Assembly: GCA_965644265.1 (NCBI GenBank)
Contig: OZ286462.1
Span: 69,812,001-69,876,000 of the forward strand
Direction of reading: 5' to 3'
From: Glycera tridactyla
Taxonomy: Eukaryota
Length of the DNA stretch: 64,000 nt
Shown here: piece by piece, positions 12,950 through 27,849 of the stretch
Layout: the number at the start of each line of letters is the position of its first letter
Position numbering within the stretch: the first letter of the stretch is position 1
Position numbers and translations under genes: made by a program
Notes under the pieces: model-generated
Database searches by the model: none
What the model was told of the DNA's origin: nothing
The model's input: only the letters and a program-made list of their open reading frames with translations

Positions 12950-15900
12950 TATTATGTACCTAGAATCATACTAAGCTTAGTGATCACACTGCAAGGTTGA
13001 CTCGAATGGGAAAATGAAACAAATATGACGTTTCTTTCATAAGTCAGCCTAGGTACGGGAAACCAAGGCTCAGATCGATATTGAGGATGTTACTAGAGAA
13101 ACAGAAAAGATTATTTCGAAAGGATGTGGCAGTGCACGTATGACGATGGATATGACTTCACATATGAAGTTGTTAACTCCATAGCACTATAATTCGCTGT
13201 GAGTACAGTTAGAGATCTGACCATCCACCGTCGGTTTCAATAGTGACAGCCGTCGGAATCGTATCTGAAAATGCAACAAACTGCAGATAACGGTGCTTCT
13301 GTACTATTTTGTTTGTTTGTGTGCAGGGCGGACATTACTCGTAGAAGTCGCTTTAGCCCATTCAAATTGCCAATTAGTAATCAACCCAGTGCTCATCCGG
13401 TAGTCATTTTTGGAAGAGAGGTTCAATCTGTTGAATTTTGAATTTATCATTTTTTTATGATTGCATTCGCGTGCGTGTTTACCGGGTTTTTTCATGTGAT
13501 ATATTTATGGAATCTCATTATAGCGTCACTACCTATCTATAAGTATTATTTTTCGGACAGGCACTCACACAATCACCTGTCCTATCTGCGTATGATTCGT
13601 TGATGATTGTGTCGTCGTGTCAGTTCAGCACTTGGAGGGGATCTGGCCAGTCGGATAGGTCGCATCCTGATAAAGCTATATTCATTCAGCGTACCTGCTA
13701 CCCATCCTCACATCACTCTTGTAAAAACTAACAGCAATAGCATCCCTTATACATGTGAGTCATGTTAGAAAAAACCACATGTGGCTCCATCACTTCCTCA
13801 CATCGACAACTCGGTAGATTTCCTTATCAATAACAATTGGATTCATCACTGTCATTATTGGACACCTTGGGGGTATACTTGTACTGGTATCAGCCAGTAA
13901 ACTGTGTCCTGTTCCTAGCCAATGTGTTGAATGTGTTGAAATTCTTGAACTGTTTTTGGACAGGTATGCGTTGTCATGATGAGAAACATATTGCACGAAA
14001 GGAATTTGTTCTCTGGCCTAACATGATTAGACATTTAGCGAAAGCTGACAGGATTCGAACATGCATCAATTATAATCAAGACTTTCAACAAGAATATCTC
14101 ATCCTCAACATACACACAAACATTCAAGCACAAAATTAGAGAGTTTTGAATCAAATTTTACATATATGGTTTTGCCATATTCGGGTCAGATCTGACCCAA
14201 ACTGCCGCTATTCATGATCACAAGGAAATCATACACTCATTCACTTGAGCATGATAGTAGAGGTTTTAAATTCAATTTCACAAGTGGGATTGTACCATAT
14301 CAAGGTCAGACCTAAAGCGGAATAGCTAATTGTGGCTATTTATCACCAACAGAAAACCGATGGTTGAGAAATGTGGTGTGAAGCATCAGCCACTACTTCA
14401 ATGATGGCGATACAGCCCATGATTACAAGCCACAACAAATGGTGCAGCGCGGATCCATAACAGGCATCCATCATCGATATCTGGCCATATCTGACAGTTG
14501 CTTCCGCAGTGACGCTGATCCGCCTAATTGGCGCTCAATAGCAAGAAGCCATATATGTTGATAGAATTTTACCACGCTTCAACGATGATAGGATTGACAT
14601 GGCATATCATGTGAATAGAGGTGGGTGATAATGTCCGAGCTCTCTCCCACGCAAGCCCTTATTTGTTTTGAGATGAGGCGCTTGGTATTCGTGCTGGTGA
14701 GGTACCCGTATACATGAGAAGGGCCGGCATATTCCGAGGATTGGGGCACACAGGCAAATAGGAAGAGAAAGATCGGACGGTCAAACAATATGACGAGCAA
14801 ACGGACGAAAAACAAATAGACAGACAGGCGGAAATATAAACAGAATGTGGAAATGGGAACACACGAAAAAGAGAGAGGAATACAAAGACAGACGAAGAGA
14901 CCAACAGACGAAGAGACCAACAGACAGCGAAGAGGCTGACAGACAGACAGTAAGACAGACAAACAGATGGAACGATGGACGGACAGATGGATTGACACAC
15001 GGACTGACCGACCATCGGATGGATAGACGGGCGGACAGACAGCCGGACATGCAAATAGACAGACAATCAGACGTATATGCAAGAAGACGGACAGACAGGT
15101 GGACAGACAGACAGATGGACAGAGGAGAGACCGTACCGTGAGCTGAAGGCAGAGGAGCGTTGTCCATGCATGAACTAGTTCTCGTACTCGGTTGCAGAAA
15201 GGATGACCGATCAATCCGACCCGACGGCGATTGATTATCGATCAAATCATTACAATCATGAACCCCCATTCAAAGATGGGCATGCACGGTATTCTAGAGG
15301 CTTGTAGCGACAATACGGACTCGAATCATGATGGGTACTTCGTCAAATCTCAACCAGCAGGTGTCATATTTCCACATAAGTGTATGGGATAAACTCGACT
15401 TATACTGAATTATAAACATATCTAAAATATGACGACATCCTCTCATAATCAGATTGGGACCACAGTTTGAAAAGGTCCCAACCGATCAGGACCTCTCTTT
15501 CAGTCGACCCCGGCGGACCCTGTCCCACGTATCTACACTAGATGCTGTTGGCTCTGCTTTGTGTACATCCAGTATGGGGTTGATTGGTGGTAACAACCAC
15601 AGGGTACAACGCTGGTGTACATCAAGTACCCTTTGGCCGCCAGAATAGGGATTGCCAATGACCGGTCTGGGGGTATAGGATAGGGGCAGATGTTCGTGTG
15701 GGCTTCGATTTTGGACCAGCAATTGGATTCCAGGCAGACTGGGGCATAAAAGACATGATAGCTGTCTGATTTCCAAATTCAGCTAGTTGGCGTCAACGAG
15801 ATTCATCATCTAAGCGAGCACCAACGGAAGAGAGTTCTATCTCCATAGGTAACTTCAGGGCTCCTGTTCCTAACATTGTGGTGATCCCCTAGAAGATTGT

Positions 15901-18900
15901 CTGTGAACATTTGTTGGGCTACCCGGAAAAGTCGCTGCAACTCGGTCCACTGCAGGTGCGATTTCATGTGTGATGATCTTCCTTTTCGGGAAGATGAGAG
16001 GTGGTAATCAGGGTGGTGGCTATGAATAGGATGATATACAATGCAGGGTATGGTACAGAGGTCAGCTTGCAGTCCGTTCAATATGATCATCCCCTAGAGA
16101 ACAGCCATACCAATCTCGCCTAAAGTGGTGACTGGGTTCGATCATGTATTGCAATTAAAACTGACATGCTGCAACAAATATGCCCTCATAATCTCAGGTG
16201 CAGTACTTCATTCTTTGTCTTCTAGTTATTATCAAAAATGTAATGATACGTGCATGTATCGGAAACAAGCTTACAAACCACACTGTTACTGACAACATCC
16301 TGACAATATGAAGAGGGTGTCCTAATATTAGTCAAGGGATCTTGCAAGGTCAATTTGGGTCCCACAATTTGTGTATATCCCATTGCAGATGGAGTTTCTT
16401 CAAAATCTAAATAAACGCTTCCTGAAAATGAATTTATCATCAAAGGAACACCAACTGTTTTAGATTGCAATCCTCACCCATTTATTACAGTGTATCCGCT
16501 TGCATGAGATACCAACCGACGTTCATTGGATGCAGGGCGCTGAGCTGCTTGGCAGGATGGCTCATACAAGCAGTCACCAGTTTTCCAACATTAGGCAAAA
16601 AGTCAAAGGGCAGGTGAGACCAGAGGCAAACTGAGGACGGAGGTAGCCAGCAGGCCCTTCAATTAGTACAAATTGGCTTAATTAGATTTAGAATCCCAGA
16701 AAGATGCATATCGACAGAGCGCAGATGGCCCATTAGTTGCTTACATTAGACTGGTGTTGAGCAACCGTTACTTGCCTACCTATCTGGCCCCATCAGCCGC
16801 CACCATGAGCATCCCCTTGCCTATTAAACAATTCCCATCCTCACCTCTCATGAATACCTAATGAAAGCATGTTCATCGCCAGGCCCCCCTTCAACAAACT
16901 CTATTGATACTCGCCTGTGTTGTATAATGGCGGGGAAAACGGCTTCCATTAATTGAGGTCCCTCTGCGCTAGTGATATCGAGTTAGCTGAGCTGCTTTGC
17001 TGGTTTGTCGCACGATGGGACGCGTTTACCCGGAAGTCATCAACAACTTTGGAGCTTCAATAACTACAGGTATATTTGTGTATATACATACATGTACACG
17101 CACATACACACACATGTATATATATATAGATAAATGAAAATAATAATGAATAAATGAATAAATAAATGAATAGATAAATATATATATATATATATATATG
17201 ATTTTAGAGATGAGTGAATGAATGAATATTTAAATGGTTGGATAGGTGAATGAGGAGATAAAATGATAAATGTCAGTGGATCCTACGCCTTAGAGGGGCA
17301 AACCCTCGTAGGAATTGATTTTCTTGGATTCGTCAAAAGATATCGAAAATTGTTGTTTGGAATATCATTTTGTGTACAAATGCAAAGATTTGTATGATAC
17401 TAAGCTTATGAATAACTAATGTTATAATTATTCTGCCTTGCAGCGTGTTCTCACAGTTAGACAAACATGATAAACTTCAGTGGGTCCTACTCCTTTGAGG
17501 ACCAAAGCCTCATAGGAAGCTTTTCCTTGGATTTGTCTCATAAATGAACTACTGGCATTTTGGAAAAGTCATTCTTCTTTGGTATAGCAGAGATCATGGC
17601 AGATCATCTCGGATGTGGTATACATACCCGAATCGTCATTGTCCACGTCAATAATGTCTCCCTATGTACAGCCGCATCTAGCAGTAACTCATTTCAAGGA
17701 CAGCCATTCCGATCTCGACCTTCGCAGCCAATCTACAAGATCACGCTGATCAAAAACACTCGATTTCAATCACGCAGTTTTATAGCTTACTTCATAGCTT
17801 AGTTCATTTCAACAATGATATCACCAATGATATGCATAGGACACAGACAGAGCTGTTGGTTCATTTGCCCGTTTGTTCTAGCTAATTTGACAAGAGATGC
17901 GGAACTATATTTTTGGAGTATCAGTTCCTGTCTACAGATGCAAGGATTCGTATAATACCAAGCTGATGGATAATTGATGGCCAGCGTTCTTCAGCCTTGC
18001 TGCGTGTTCTCACTGTGAGATAAAATGGCATATATTATCGGGAATCATTCCTGATGGACCATGCAGGGAACTACATCCCATGGGAATTAGCAGCATTGAT
18101 CAAGGCGGTTGATCTATAGTGCAGATAGGGTAATACCTCTCGTGTGAATTGCTCGGGTAACGTAAGATTACATATAAGACCGTGATGAGACATTTGTAGA
18201 AATGTATAGAGGTGGTCCTTGGTTACTAGAATGGTTACGAGGATGAAAATCTGAATGTTCCATGAATGGGATGATGCCTCGTACGTCTTTGACTTGTGGG
18301 AGCGGTAGGACAGCAAGTAGGACAGATGATTGCTACTATGCCACCTACCAGCTATCAGCCAAGTAACTGTAACCATAACTGTAAATCATTCAAGATATTC
18401 AGGTCTTGTATTGGAAGCATTCCTACACAAATCAGAGTTGAATAGAAGTAGCAATCACACTATGAAATGATGTCTAAACTACCAATTCCATATAAACTCT
18501 GAATAAATAAATGAAACAGAAATGCCATCTAATTGGATGATTGTGACCAGGAAATATCAGTGGGCTCGGTCAGACTAAGGAATATACCATATTCGCGATG
18601 ATGGTGTCGTGGTTTTATCTCTTGGAACACTATTTACTTTTGCGATCCTACACATATCAGCAAATGAATTCAGGTGGGAGTGGCTCGTATTATACTCCTA
18701 CACCGCTCAATCATCATTACACCCACCCAAGTATTCCCAACCGGTTATTGTATTGTGAATATAATGGATCTAATGGTTATACCCTCCCTGATGTCTGTGA
18801 TGTTGAATGTGAAACACTCATGGTGTAGTATAACCACATGCACCTCCTGATGGCCCGCATTGTTTCTTCCCCAGGGGGCTTTCCCTCTTTGTTCTAAGTC

Positions 18901-19120
18901 CATGAATAGTGCGTCATCTCAGGNNNNNNNNNNNNNNNNNNNNNNNNNNNNNNNNNNNNNNNNNNNNNNNNNNNNNNNNNNNNNNNNNNNNNNNNNNNNN
19001 NNNNNNNNNNNNNNNNNNNNNNNNNNNNNNNNNNNNNNNNNNNNNNNNNNNNNNNNNNNNNNNNNNNNNNNNNNNNNNNNNNNNNNNNNNNNNNNNNNNN
19101 NNNATACATATATATATATA

Positions 19121-19298
19121 CAGTTGAACTTGTCCTAAGCAAGACTTGTACTAAGCAAGAACTTGTCCTAAGCAACAGGATTCTGTTCATCCCGCCAGAG
19201 TATTTTTCACTATATTTGACCTGTACTAAGCACGAACTTGCTCTAAGCACACACATTTTTCACGTCCCGCGACTTCATGCTTAGGACAAGTTTGACTG
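19121..19298. mobile_element. MITE family 2
   Basis: TA|CAGTTGAACTTGTCCTAAGCA ... TGCTTAGGACAAGTTTGACTG|TA, 178 bp, internal CTAAGCA repeats. Confidence 0.88.
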
Positions 19299-19944
19299 TA
19301 GATATATTGGGGTGGTGGTTTGTCAGATGTTTTGGATCTCGTAACCACCGACAAGGCTATTTGAGACGTCTATTCAACGTGCATCGGTGAATCCTCCTCC
19401 TACGGTCCGCGACGGTGAAATGCATATGGAGACCAGAGACACTAGTAGTATCTGCGATTTTCAAATCATCCCAAATACCGATGTGCGATGATGTTTGCTC
19501 AGAACTCTGGATATGAGCGTATTCAAACAATCAATAACACCTTCATACAGTCTAGTCCAGGAGCAATCCCCCTCTGGCGCATAGATCAATGATTCCAGAT
19601 ACACAAGCTGCTCCCCGAGAGACACCCATGTAGCCTATCAATTACATAATCACAAGCTTGGGTTAGGTCGATGTGAACGAGCATTACGTGAGCAATTGAC
19701 TAACTGCTCGAGTAAGCCCGACTGTGGAAATGATCGCAAAAATGGCGTCAGTTGATGACGTAATTCGAACAGCTGATGACGTGTTGATGACATTAGCGAT
19801 GATGTAATGTCTAGAATTAATGATGAAGGACTACCCCGTGTTGGAACCGCTGTGTATCTCATCGTATCGTAGTATGATCCTCTCTAATGCGACCTAAATG
19901 CTATCGATGTCTTGTATTACAGGAAAGTATATTTAACCCAAAAC

Positions 19945-20003
19945 GTGGCCTTTATAGGGAGGTGGTCTCTATAGAGAGGTGGTCTTTAGAGGAGGTTCGA
20001 CTG
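19945..20003. mobile_element. MITE family 1, right-arm fragment
   Basis: GTGGCCTTTATAGGGAGGTGGTCTCTATAGAGAGGTGGTCTTTAGAGGAGGTTCGACTG|TA; no left arm seen. Confidence 0.7.
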
Positions 20004-21699
20004 TATATGTACATATGTATATCTATATTTATGGTGTTGACGAGTTGACAAATAAGAAAACTTTCAATCGATCAATCAATAAATCATACACGCCATTATT
20101 CTGCAACCAAACCCAACCAAACCATCCCAACACCAACTTCACCTACAGTAAAGATAGGACTGATGTCGGTCTAACACGGATACTTCATCTTCGTAAGAAT
20201 TTTTGAAAGTTTACTGACACAGGCTGCTTCATAAGATAAGGCCCCTGATGTTATCACAAATATTCGGATAACTTCCCGACCGAATGCAATGTGTGCTTAT
20301 TGTCGGCGCCTGTCATCTGAATAAAGATTTGAGTATTTGTGTCTTGTCTCGAGGTGAAGTGCATTCTCACATTTGTCGATTTGGTGATCAATTTTCTCGT
20401 CAGGACTGATACTCCACAGGACTTACTCTTTAGGCCTGAATCGAATCACAACTTTGATGAGAACTGCGGATTAACTTTTGGATGCGGATGTATTTTCTCG
20501 AACTTCCACGACAATCACGCCAGGTGATCCGCCTAAAATTGATTCTGTGTATGGACAAATTATACATGTGAGACGTTTCCAGAGTAATGACATTATATGA
20601 GTTTCACACTCGTCTATGTGAGAAAGTTCTACGAGGTCAATGTAAACTGGTTTACAGTCTGGTATTCTCAGCAAGTTCGCACGACTTTGTAATCAATTCC
20701 TTGGTGGGTCCCTTCAAGTTTGGGCTTTTCTCATCTCCCCATACTACCAATAGTCAGGTACCTATTCACAGCTGGGCAAAGTAGAGTCGTGGGGAACTGA
20801 AATTTTGCTCGATTATCAGCGCACAGAGGACTCATGGATGTAGCACCTTATTCTCTGCACACAATTGTCAACAATGCTGTTAACGTGCACCTGACTCACC
20901 ACATCATAGACAATATGTTGGTACTGGGATGTGGTGTTGCTTTTGGCGTCGAAGCCAATGGATCATGTGTAAATCTGTCTTATGGTCAGTTTGCGATCGA
21001 TCACGTGGTGCTCACTGTGGTGTTGGCAGCGACTGAAGCGGTGCTGCTGGCATTGTGTTGATGCAGTGGTGGTGTAATGGTAGTGATAACGGTAGTGATA
21101 ACGGATACCAACATTGAAAGACAAGTCATCAGTTCAAGAAGGTACTTTGGGATTATATGCGCCATCTCTCAGTGGTCAGTTGAAAATTTACATACTATGG
21201 TTACCATGAACGAGCATCTGAAAATCCGACACAAATTTCTGCTTCCCTTGTCTGCTAACAATCACACGAAAGCTGGCAAACTACCAACCTTAGAGATGCA
21301 TTGCTTAAGTACCAGCACCCATCCATGTTTCAGCAACGACATTGATTGTTTTGCAATGCATGAGATTTACCATTCGCAATTTCTGCATTCGATAGAATAA
21401 CATGTTTCAAATGATAGGTCTCGCGCATGGGATGATGACTTGTATCAAGGTTTTGTGAAAGTACCCATATCAGGTATCTATCTTCCCACGCAGTAGAAAC
21501 CATTGCAAGGCAATTGTAGCTTCGGAGCCAACGTCCTTGATAGTATTAGTGCTTCTTTGAATGGTTGGTAACGTTGCACCTGTGACCCAGGCAGAATAAA
21601 AGACAGGAAAAGAGCTCTAGGCGAAGTCCTGAGGTTCGTACCATACAGGAGTATTACACTTGAACAGCATTTACACAGATACACACACGCGCACGCAAG

Positions 21700-22060
21700 C
21701 ACGCACACATTATTATCATGATTATAATTATTATTATTTTCTTTATCATCATTATCATTATCATTGTTATCATAATCATTNNNNNNNNNNNNNNNNNNNN
21801 NNNNNNNNNNNNNNNNNNNNNNNNNNNNNNNNNNNNNNNNNNNNNNNNNNNNNNNNNNNNNNNNNNNNNNNNNNNNNNNNNNNNNNNNNNNNNNNNNNNN
21901 NNNNNNNNNNNNNNNNNNNNCATTATCATCATTTTTCTCATTATCATTGTTACCATTATTGTTACTATTATCGTTACTATTATTGTTATCGTCATCATTA
22001 TATTGTTATTATCATATAGTTATCATTATTACTATCATGATCATTATTATTGTTATCATG
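21700..22060. repeat. (ATC/ATT)n low-complexity tract with an internal N run
   Basis: Trinucleotide-like ATT/ATC repeats; similar tracts at 54060-54110 and 63623-63880. Confidence 0.9.
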
Positions 22061-23261
22061 AAAAATCCATTTTTTTCCATCCTCAATGTCGGAAATATTT
22101 ATCGCAATGTATCCTCTTGATAATTCTGCACTTGAATCCTACATGAACATTTTGGGCGGAATGACTTTTGAGCGTGTTTGTGTGTGGGGGGAGGAGGTGG
22201 GTGGGGGTTGCTGTGTGTGCGTCCATTCATCACATCTTTCTCCTTTTTGTTGCACGTAGTTTGGGCAGAACATGTGCGATACACTCGGAATGCGGAGGAT
22301 GCTGGTAAGATATTGCATCCAGCATAGGCTGCATTCAACTATGGGCTTCTCTGTCACATCTATCGGAAAGCCCGCACGTCGAACTCAGGGGGTGCACGCC
22401 CTAAATAATGACATCGGTAGAAGTCGCCATTTTCGCCTCGACTGCGGTTCGCAAATTGGAGCTGTATCAATATACATCCATGAAAAGAGACAGGACGAGG
22501 GGGAAGGGCATGTAATGGAAAATGGAGAAAGAACAGATCGGGAGAGACAGACAGAGAGAAGAGAGACAGAGAGATAGAGAGATGCAGACATTGGCAGCGG
22601 AGCTTGAACGGAAAATCAATCAGACAGACAAACAGACAGATACCCAGAGAGACACACGAACTGACACACAAACAGACACACAGACGGACAGACAGTCACA
22701 GACGCTCTCCCGGACAGACAAACAGTCACACAGACATACAGACACAAAGACAGACACACTGGCAGACACAATGACAGACTGGCAGACAAACACACACACA
22801 CACAGATATTCATACAGTAGTTTGTTTATTTGTTTGTATGTTTGTTTATTTGATGTTTAACGGGTTGTATCAAGCCAGAGGATACAAATGCCGTTATTGA
22901 TATCATTCAAAGGGTGACATGTGTCTAATGATTGACAGGACAGTGTGGCCGATTGGCAACAACAGTCAGGACAAATGAATTTACCAATAAAACACCATTC
23001 CCGGAGCAGGTGTGAAGCCAATCTGGGGCATGTCAAACTTTAACATTCCATCACGGAGATCGCCTTTTAGTTACCACTCTGTGTCCAGAAGTACGACTAG
23101 AGTCTATTCTGATTCAAATGCTCATATTTTTCTTGGGTGACTTCATTCGGATGAGCATTCATAATAATGTATTATATTGTTCCTTCATACGAAATTGCTC
23201 CACTGACTTTGATAACTGTTTGTTCCTGAATTTCATTTTATAGTATCCATTACACATAACA

Positions 23262-23437
23262 CAGTAAAACCTGCTATAGTGAAATCCTGTCCACAGTGAA
23301 ATCCTGTCTACAGTGAAAAGAAAAATCTGGCCCGAACGTGTTTTTTTCACTATAATTGACCTGTATATAGTGTAATCCTGTTCACAGTGAAAAGAAAAAT
23401 CTGACCCGTGACTTTTCACTATAGACAGGTTTTACTG
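23262..23437. mobile_element. MITE family 3
   Basis: CAGTAAAACCTGCTATAGTGAAA ... TTTCACTATAGACAGGTTTTACTG|TA, 176 bp, internal CAGTGAAA repeats. Confidence 0.85.
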
Positions 23438-25599
23438 TAGTGCCAATCCAATATCTCGTGATTCGATCCTGATTCCAGTGATAATTTGCATCTAGATTAT
23501 AGTACCGGTCGACAACATCTGAATAGTATTATTAAATAAAATTGTACCATTCGAAATTTTCACCTGAAACTCCTTTGAATGCAGGCATAAACATGTGCTA
23601 TAACCCTCCATGGTCCATTGCAATCAATCTTATGCAATAAAAAGATACTTATCTCATCGCAAGATTCTGTAGGATTATGATTAACTAACTTTTGAGGGAT
23701 GGATTAGAATAGCCAGCGGAATGCCGATGATCAATTGTGTATATAGACCATAATGGGTCGACCTTGTAGTAATATATTGTAGTCCCCGAATGGACCAAAG
23801 TTAGATATGTCCCTGTTCAAAATGGGAATGTTTGCATGGAAGCTTACCAGATGTCGCACTTTGTGGTTCTCGTGTCAGAATTAGCTGATACATTTTGGTG
23901 ATTGGTGTACATTATGTTTGCTTGTCTGTGAGATAGGGTCAGATAGACTTTCTCGTTATTATTTCAGTAATCATGTTCATATCCACCCATTTCACGTCAG
24001 GGGTAGATACCCACAATCACCGAAAGTAACACAGCCTGAGTTCAGATATGCAATCCTGTAAATAATTGCTGACTTATGAATCTCTTCTCGGTCAACTTAA
24101 ATGCAATGGGCGTTGTGAGTTTGAAAATAGATTAGTTGTCATTTGTATAAAAGAAGGCATGAATAATGTTAAAGTGAGAATAAAGGTGAATTGATATAGG
24201 GGAATACGAGTATGAATGATATGCAACTTGGAGTATAGACGAAGTTGAATATATATGACGATTGGCTTTGTAAATAGACTATAACTGTAAATTGTATTTA
24301 TGCGTTCAATGAATTTCTGTTTGATTTATAGATGTACTTGGCTTAGACCATGTTGCTTAATACGACCGGATGGGGTTCTTCGTATCAAGCCGCATATTAT
24401 GTACTTTTTGTATATTAAATGACTTATACAATACAGATTTCTTACTGAAACATTTATATTGAAGTCATCTAAGTGGAATGGATTCTCAGTGCAATGAATC
24501 ACTTCTCATTTCGAGTGTTTGAGGCAGTGGCCTAGACGCTGAACATTTTGTGTCTATCGTGACTACTGTGAGTTTCGGGGGATATATTCGAACATCGCGG
24601 CCATTATTTGCGTCTGATAAGGAAAACATCAATGTTTACATGATGGGTACTAGAACATATTTTGGCACCTGTGAAGAAGATAAATTGTTTCGCAGAATCC
24701 CTTTGAGAGTGTGTATATAGGACGAATCCATTGTGGATTGCTTGGGTGGGCTGTTGATTGATTGGTTGCTTAAGGTCTAACGCTCTTTTCATCCCTACAT
24801 CGCACGATAGGGCCATCCCTTCTTCAGGCAAGCTGGAAAAATAATCATACGGGAGCATCCACTGCAAGTCGAATATACTACATACAACAAAGGCACGCTA
24901 GTACTTGTATTAGCCTCTGGGGACATCCTTCCAATGTGTTCGCTATGAACCATCAAATTCAGGTCATCCATATAAGAGATATATGATGCATGGCACGCAG
25001 AATTCAATGCAATATCACCAATCAACATTCATATGCCAGATATACCCCCCCCCCTCCCCCCAACATTTGTACTTAGACACAAAAGCAGTCCTGGCTCAAC
25101 ATGTGTCGATATTGTCATCAATCAACAGTCAGAGACCAGGTATAATCACAAAATATGAGCTCCCAGTTACTGATGAAGCCATAGTCATAACACACTTATT
25201 TCCCGAGTACATGTCATCTCACTCACTAGTCAACAGTCATGGCCCTACTCTATCCCCTGTATGAGTTATACCATCCACTCACAAACAGTCATAATCGAAG
25301 TATATCCGCCAAATGCTTCCGAAAATCAAAAGTCATAGGTCAGGCACATACCTCCTATTTTGTCTTCCCGATAACTTGTCAATGGTCTCCAAGTATACTT
25401 TCATCTCACCCACTGGTCAACAATCATAGTTCGAGCATATTTTCCAGAAAAATGCCATCCCAAACAATCCAAACATCTAACCTGCAAGATATGTCCCCCC
25501 AATCATTGGTGAAAAGTCATAGCCAAAGTGAATATCTGGGAGTGATCAACTATACAGGGAAATACGTAATGAAGCAGTGACATGATGGTAGTGAAATGT

Positions 25600-25911
25600 A
25601 TGACTCACCTCATGACTCACCTCATGACTCACCTCATGACTCACCTCATGACTCACCTCATGACTCACCTCATGACTCACCTCATGACTCACCTCATGAC
25701 TCATCTCATGACTCACCTCATGACCCACCTCATGACTCACCTCATGACTCATCTCATGACTCACCTCATGACCCACCTCATGACTCACCTCATGACTCAT
25801 CTCATGACTCACCTCATGACCCACCTCATGACTCACCTCATGAATCACCTCATGACTCACCTCATGACTCACCTCATGACTCACCTCGTGACTCACCTCA
25901 TGACTCACCTC
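25600..25911. repeat. 12-bp minisatellite (ATGACTCACCTC) x26
   Basis: 26 units counted; a 48-bp higher-order block of variant units occurs three times. Confidence 0.97.
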
Positions 25912-27849
25912 ATGCTCGGGCAGTATTTACCCTAGAAGAGTATTGAGACTGGCAACAGCTTTGGCAGTGAAACCAAATGTGATGGAAAAATTGATGAGAA
26001 ACTGGGGATGTATCATCTTCGATAGATGCGAAATGATGTAGATGTACTTATTTGCTCTCCAGTATCCTTAATAGCTTCTCCTGACTTACCTTGGCCGAAC
26101 TGTTTAGGCTTGAGCCTTTCTCATCTTCCTGGGGAATGTGCAACCACAATCTGAATAAGGTGAGCATGCTACAATTGCCATGAGCGCCTGTAGGAAAGTA
26201 GTCATTCACACCTCTGTGTGGTGTGTGTAGAGGTTCTACTCAGATACGTCAACACAGAACCGCCTTCTTTGTGAGACACACAAATACTATGGATCTAGGT
26301 GATGCTACTGGTCAGGTGCTGATTGGTGAACATTTTCCATTTTTACTGCCATTCTGAGCAGGATCTCTACTCCGCACCGTGATCAATGGCGTTTAGATTG
26401 GGACGGAAGTGACTGCACCTAGGTGTCAGTACACATATAAAGTACAGTTTCAAAGATTTACAAAGAAATAGATACATAAACGAAACGCATAATGGTGATA
26501 AACTAGGTACACATCAAGTTGATATCAGAATCGCACCTCCATGGACATGGCTGCCAGAGTTCGTGCGATTCATGACCAAACATTCAGAGGTCCTGCTGAC
26601 CTGGTATTTATATGATGAAATACACAGAAAAGATTTCATCCGATTCTGAGCTGTGTCACTGGAAATGTTCCACCTAAAACAAGAGCACTATTGTCCATAT
26701 TGGAGAATTTACACAATTGCTCATATCCAACACCTGCATTTTCAAACATGGGAATATGTTTATATTGAAGCTGTTTCGTCTTGAAACTGACGCACTCTCT
26801 CAATGCACAAGCATTCGGATAACTCCACCTCCAAAACAAATAACCTGTGACAGTTCATATGGAGGTGGGCCAATACACTAGTTTTTGTCATCATATACCC
26901 GCAGAGAGCACTATTTTCATTCAGTCAAAGAATGCCAATAAGAATTGCCCCGAACAATTCATACACGATGAAACAGTGAGAATGCATAGATATTTAGAAA
27001 AAAAGAATCATATTTCACCAGGTGATCCTTTTGTGTGGCCTCATTGATCATATAAACTTGAGGGTTCAAAACGAGATGAGATTGCTTTGATTCACCATTT
27101 ACCTGATTTCTACCATGGATACATTTGTTTTGGCTAATCAGGTAGCACGAAGATCATTCCACGTGAAATGTTCATGACAGGTAACTGACATCGGCAATTT
27201 TGCATACAACAGATTTGGCGATGATGGTATAGGAGATGTTGCGAGCATCACTCGATCCATTATCATTGAATGGGCATGAGGACGTTTGTGCCATGACAAC
27301 CAATATCAGGAGTTGTATGGAAATGAGTTGTGTACGTATTGCTCTGTTCTCTCCAAGTGGGGGTCAATATATTGGATGTCCCGTCTCTTTCTTATTATCT
27401 CGTCTAAAGTAGAGTTATCTGAATCAAGCTGGTGGCTAAGAGTCGTCCTTGTTCCGTGCGGATTTGCAAATGAGTATTTTTCGGAAAAAAATGATGTTAT
27501 TCTAGCAAGTTGTATGTCAATATTTCTGAACATTTGCTGGAATGATATCACAAACACCACCAAACCACCACTATTACTACTACCACTAAAGGCCACCTGA
27601 CCACCATCACAAGCAGCGCAACCATCACCACCATCACCCCCGTACAACCACTTTCACCATACCTACCACTATCACCACCGTCTCTACTGGATGTCTTTGT
27701 GTTGGCTAGAGTTGGCAGAGGTTACCTTATAGGACACATGACCTTGTAACATTTCCGTGACGATATTTTCTAAATGCATTTCCATAACCTGCATATTTGC
27801 CTGACCGAAAGGGAATGTTCCTTTTTGAGAAAGTGACCTCCCCATCCGA

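Noticed and set aside
14579-15269. ORFs of 98-211 aa rich in SVCL / TDRQ (also near 3070-3783, 5900-6241 and 22360-22860)
   Set aside because: Artefacts of degenerate (GACA)n tracts, open on both strands.
25546-25946. Long ORFs with DSPH / MTHL / SHEV repeats
   Set aside because: These are translations of the 12-bp minisatellite, open in several frames, with no exon context.
27306-27520. Minus-strand HGTR...RTEQYVHNSFP, resembling a LINE ORF2 C-terminal tail
   Set aside because: The motif match is loose and no RT domain is recognisable upstream.
1-27800. A separate protein-coding gene in the upstream 27 kb
   Set aside because: No ORF or exon chain with recognisable homology; small exons or sequence hidden in N runs cannot be excluded.
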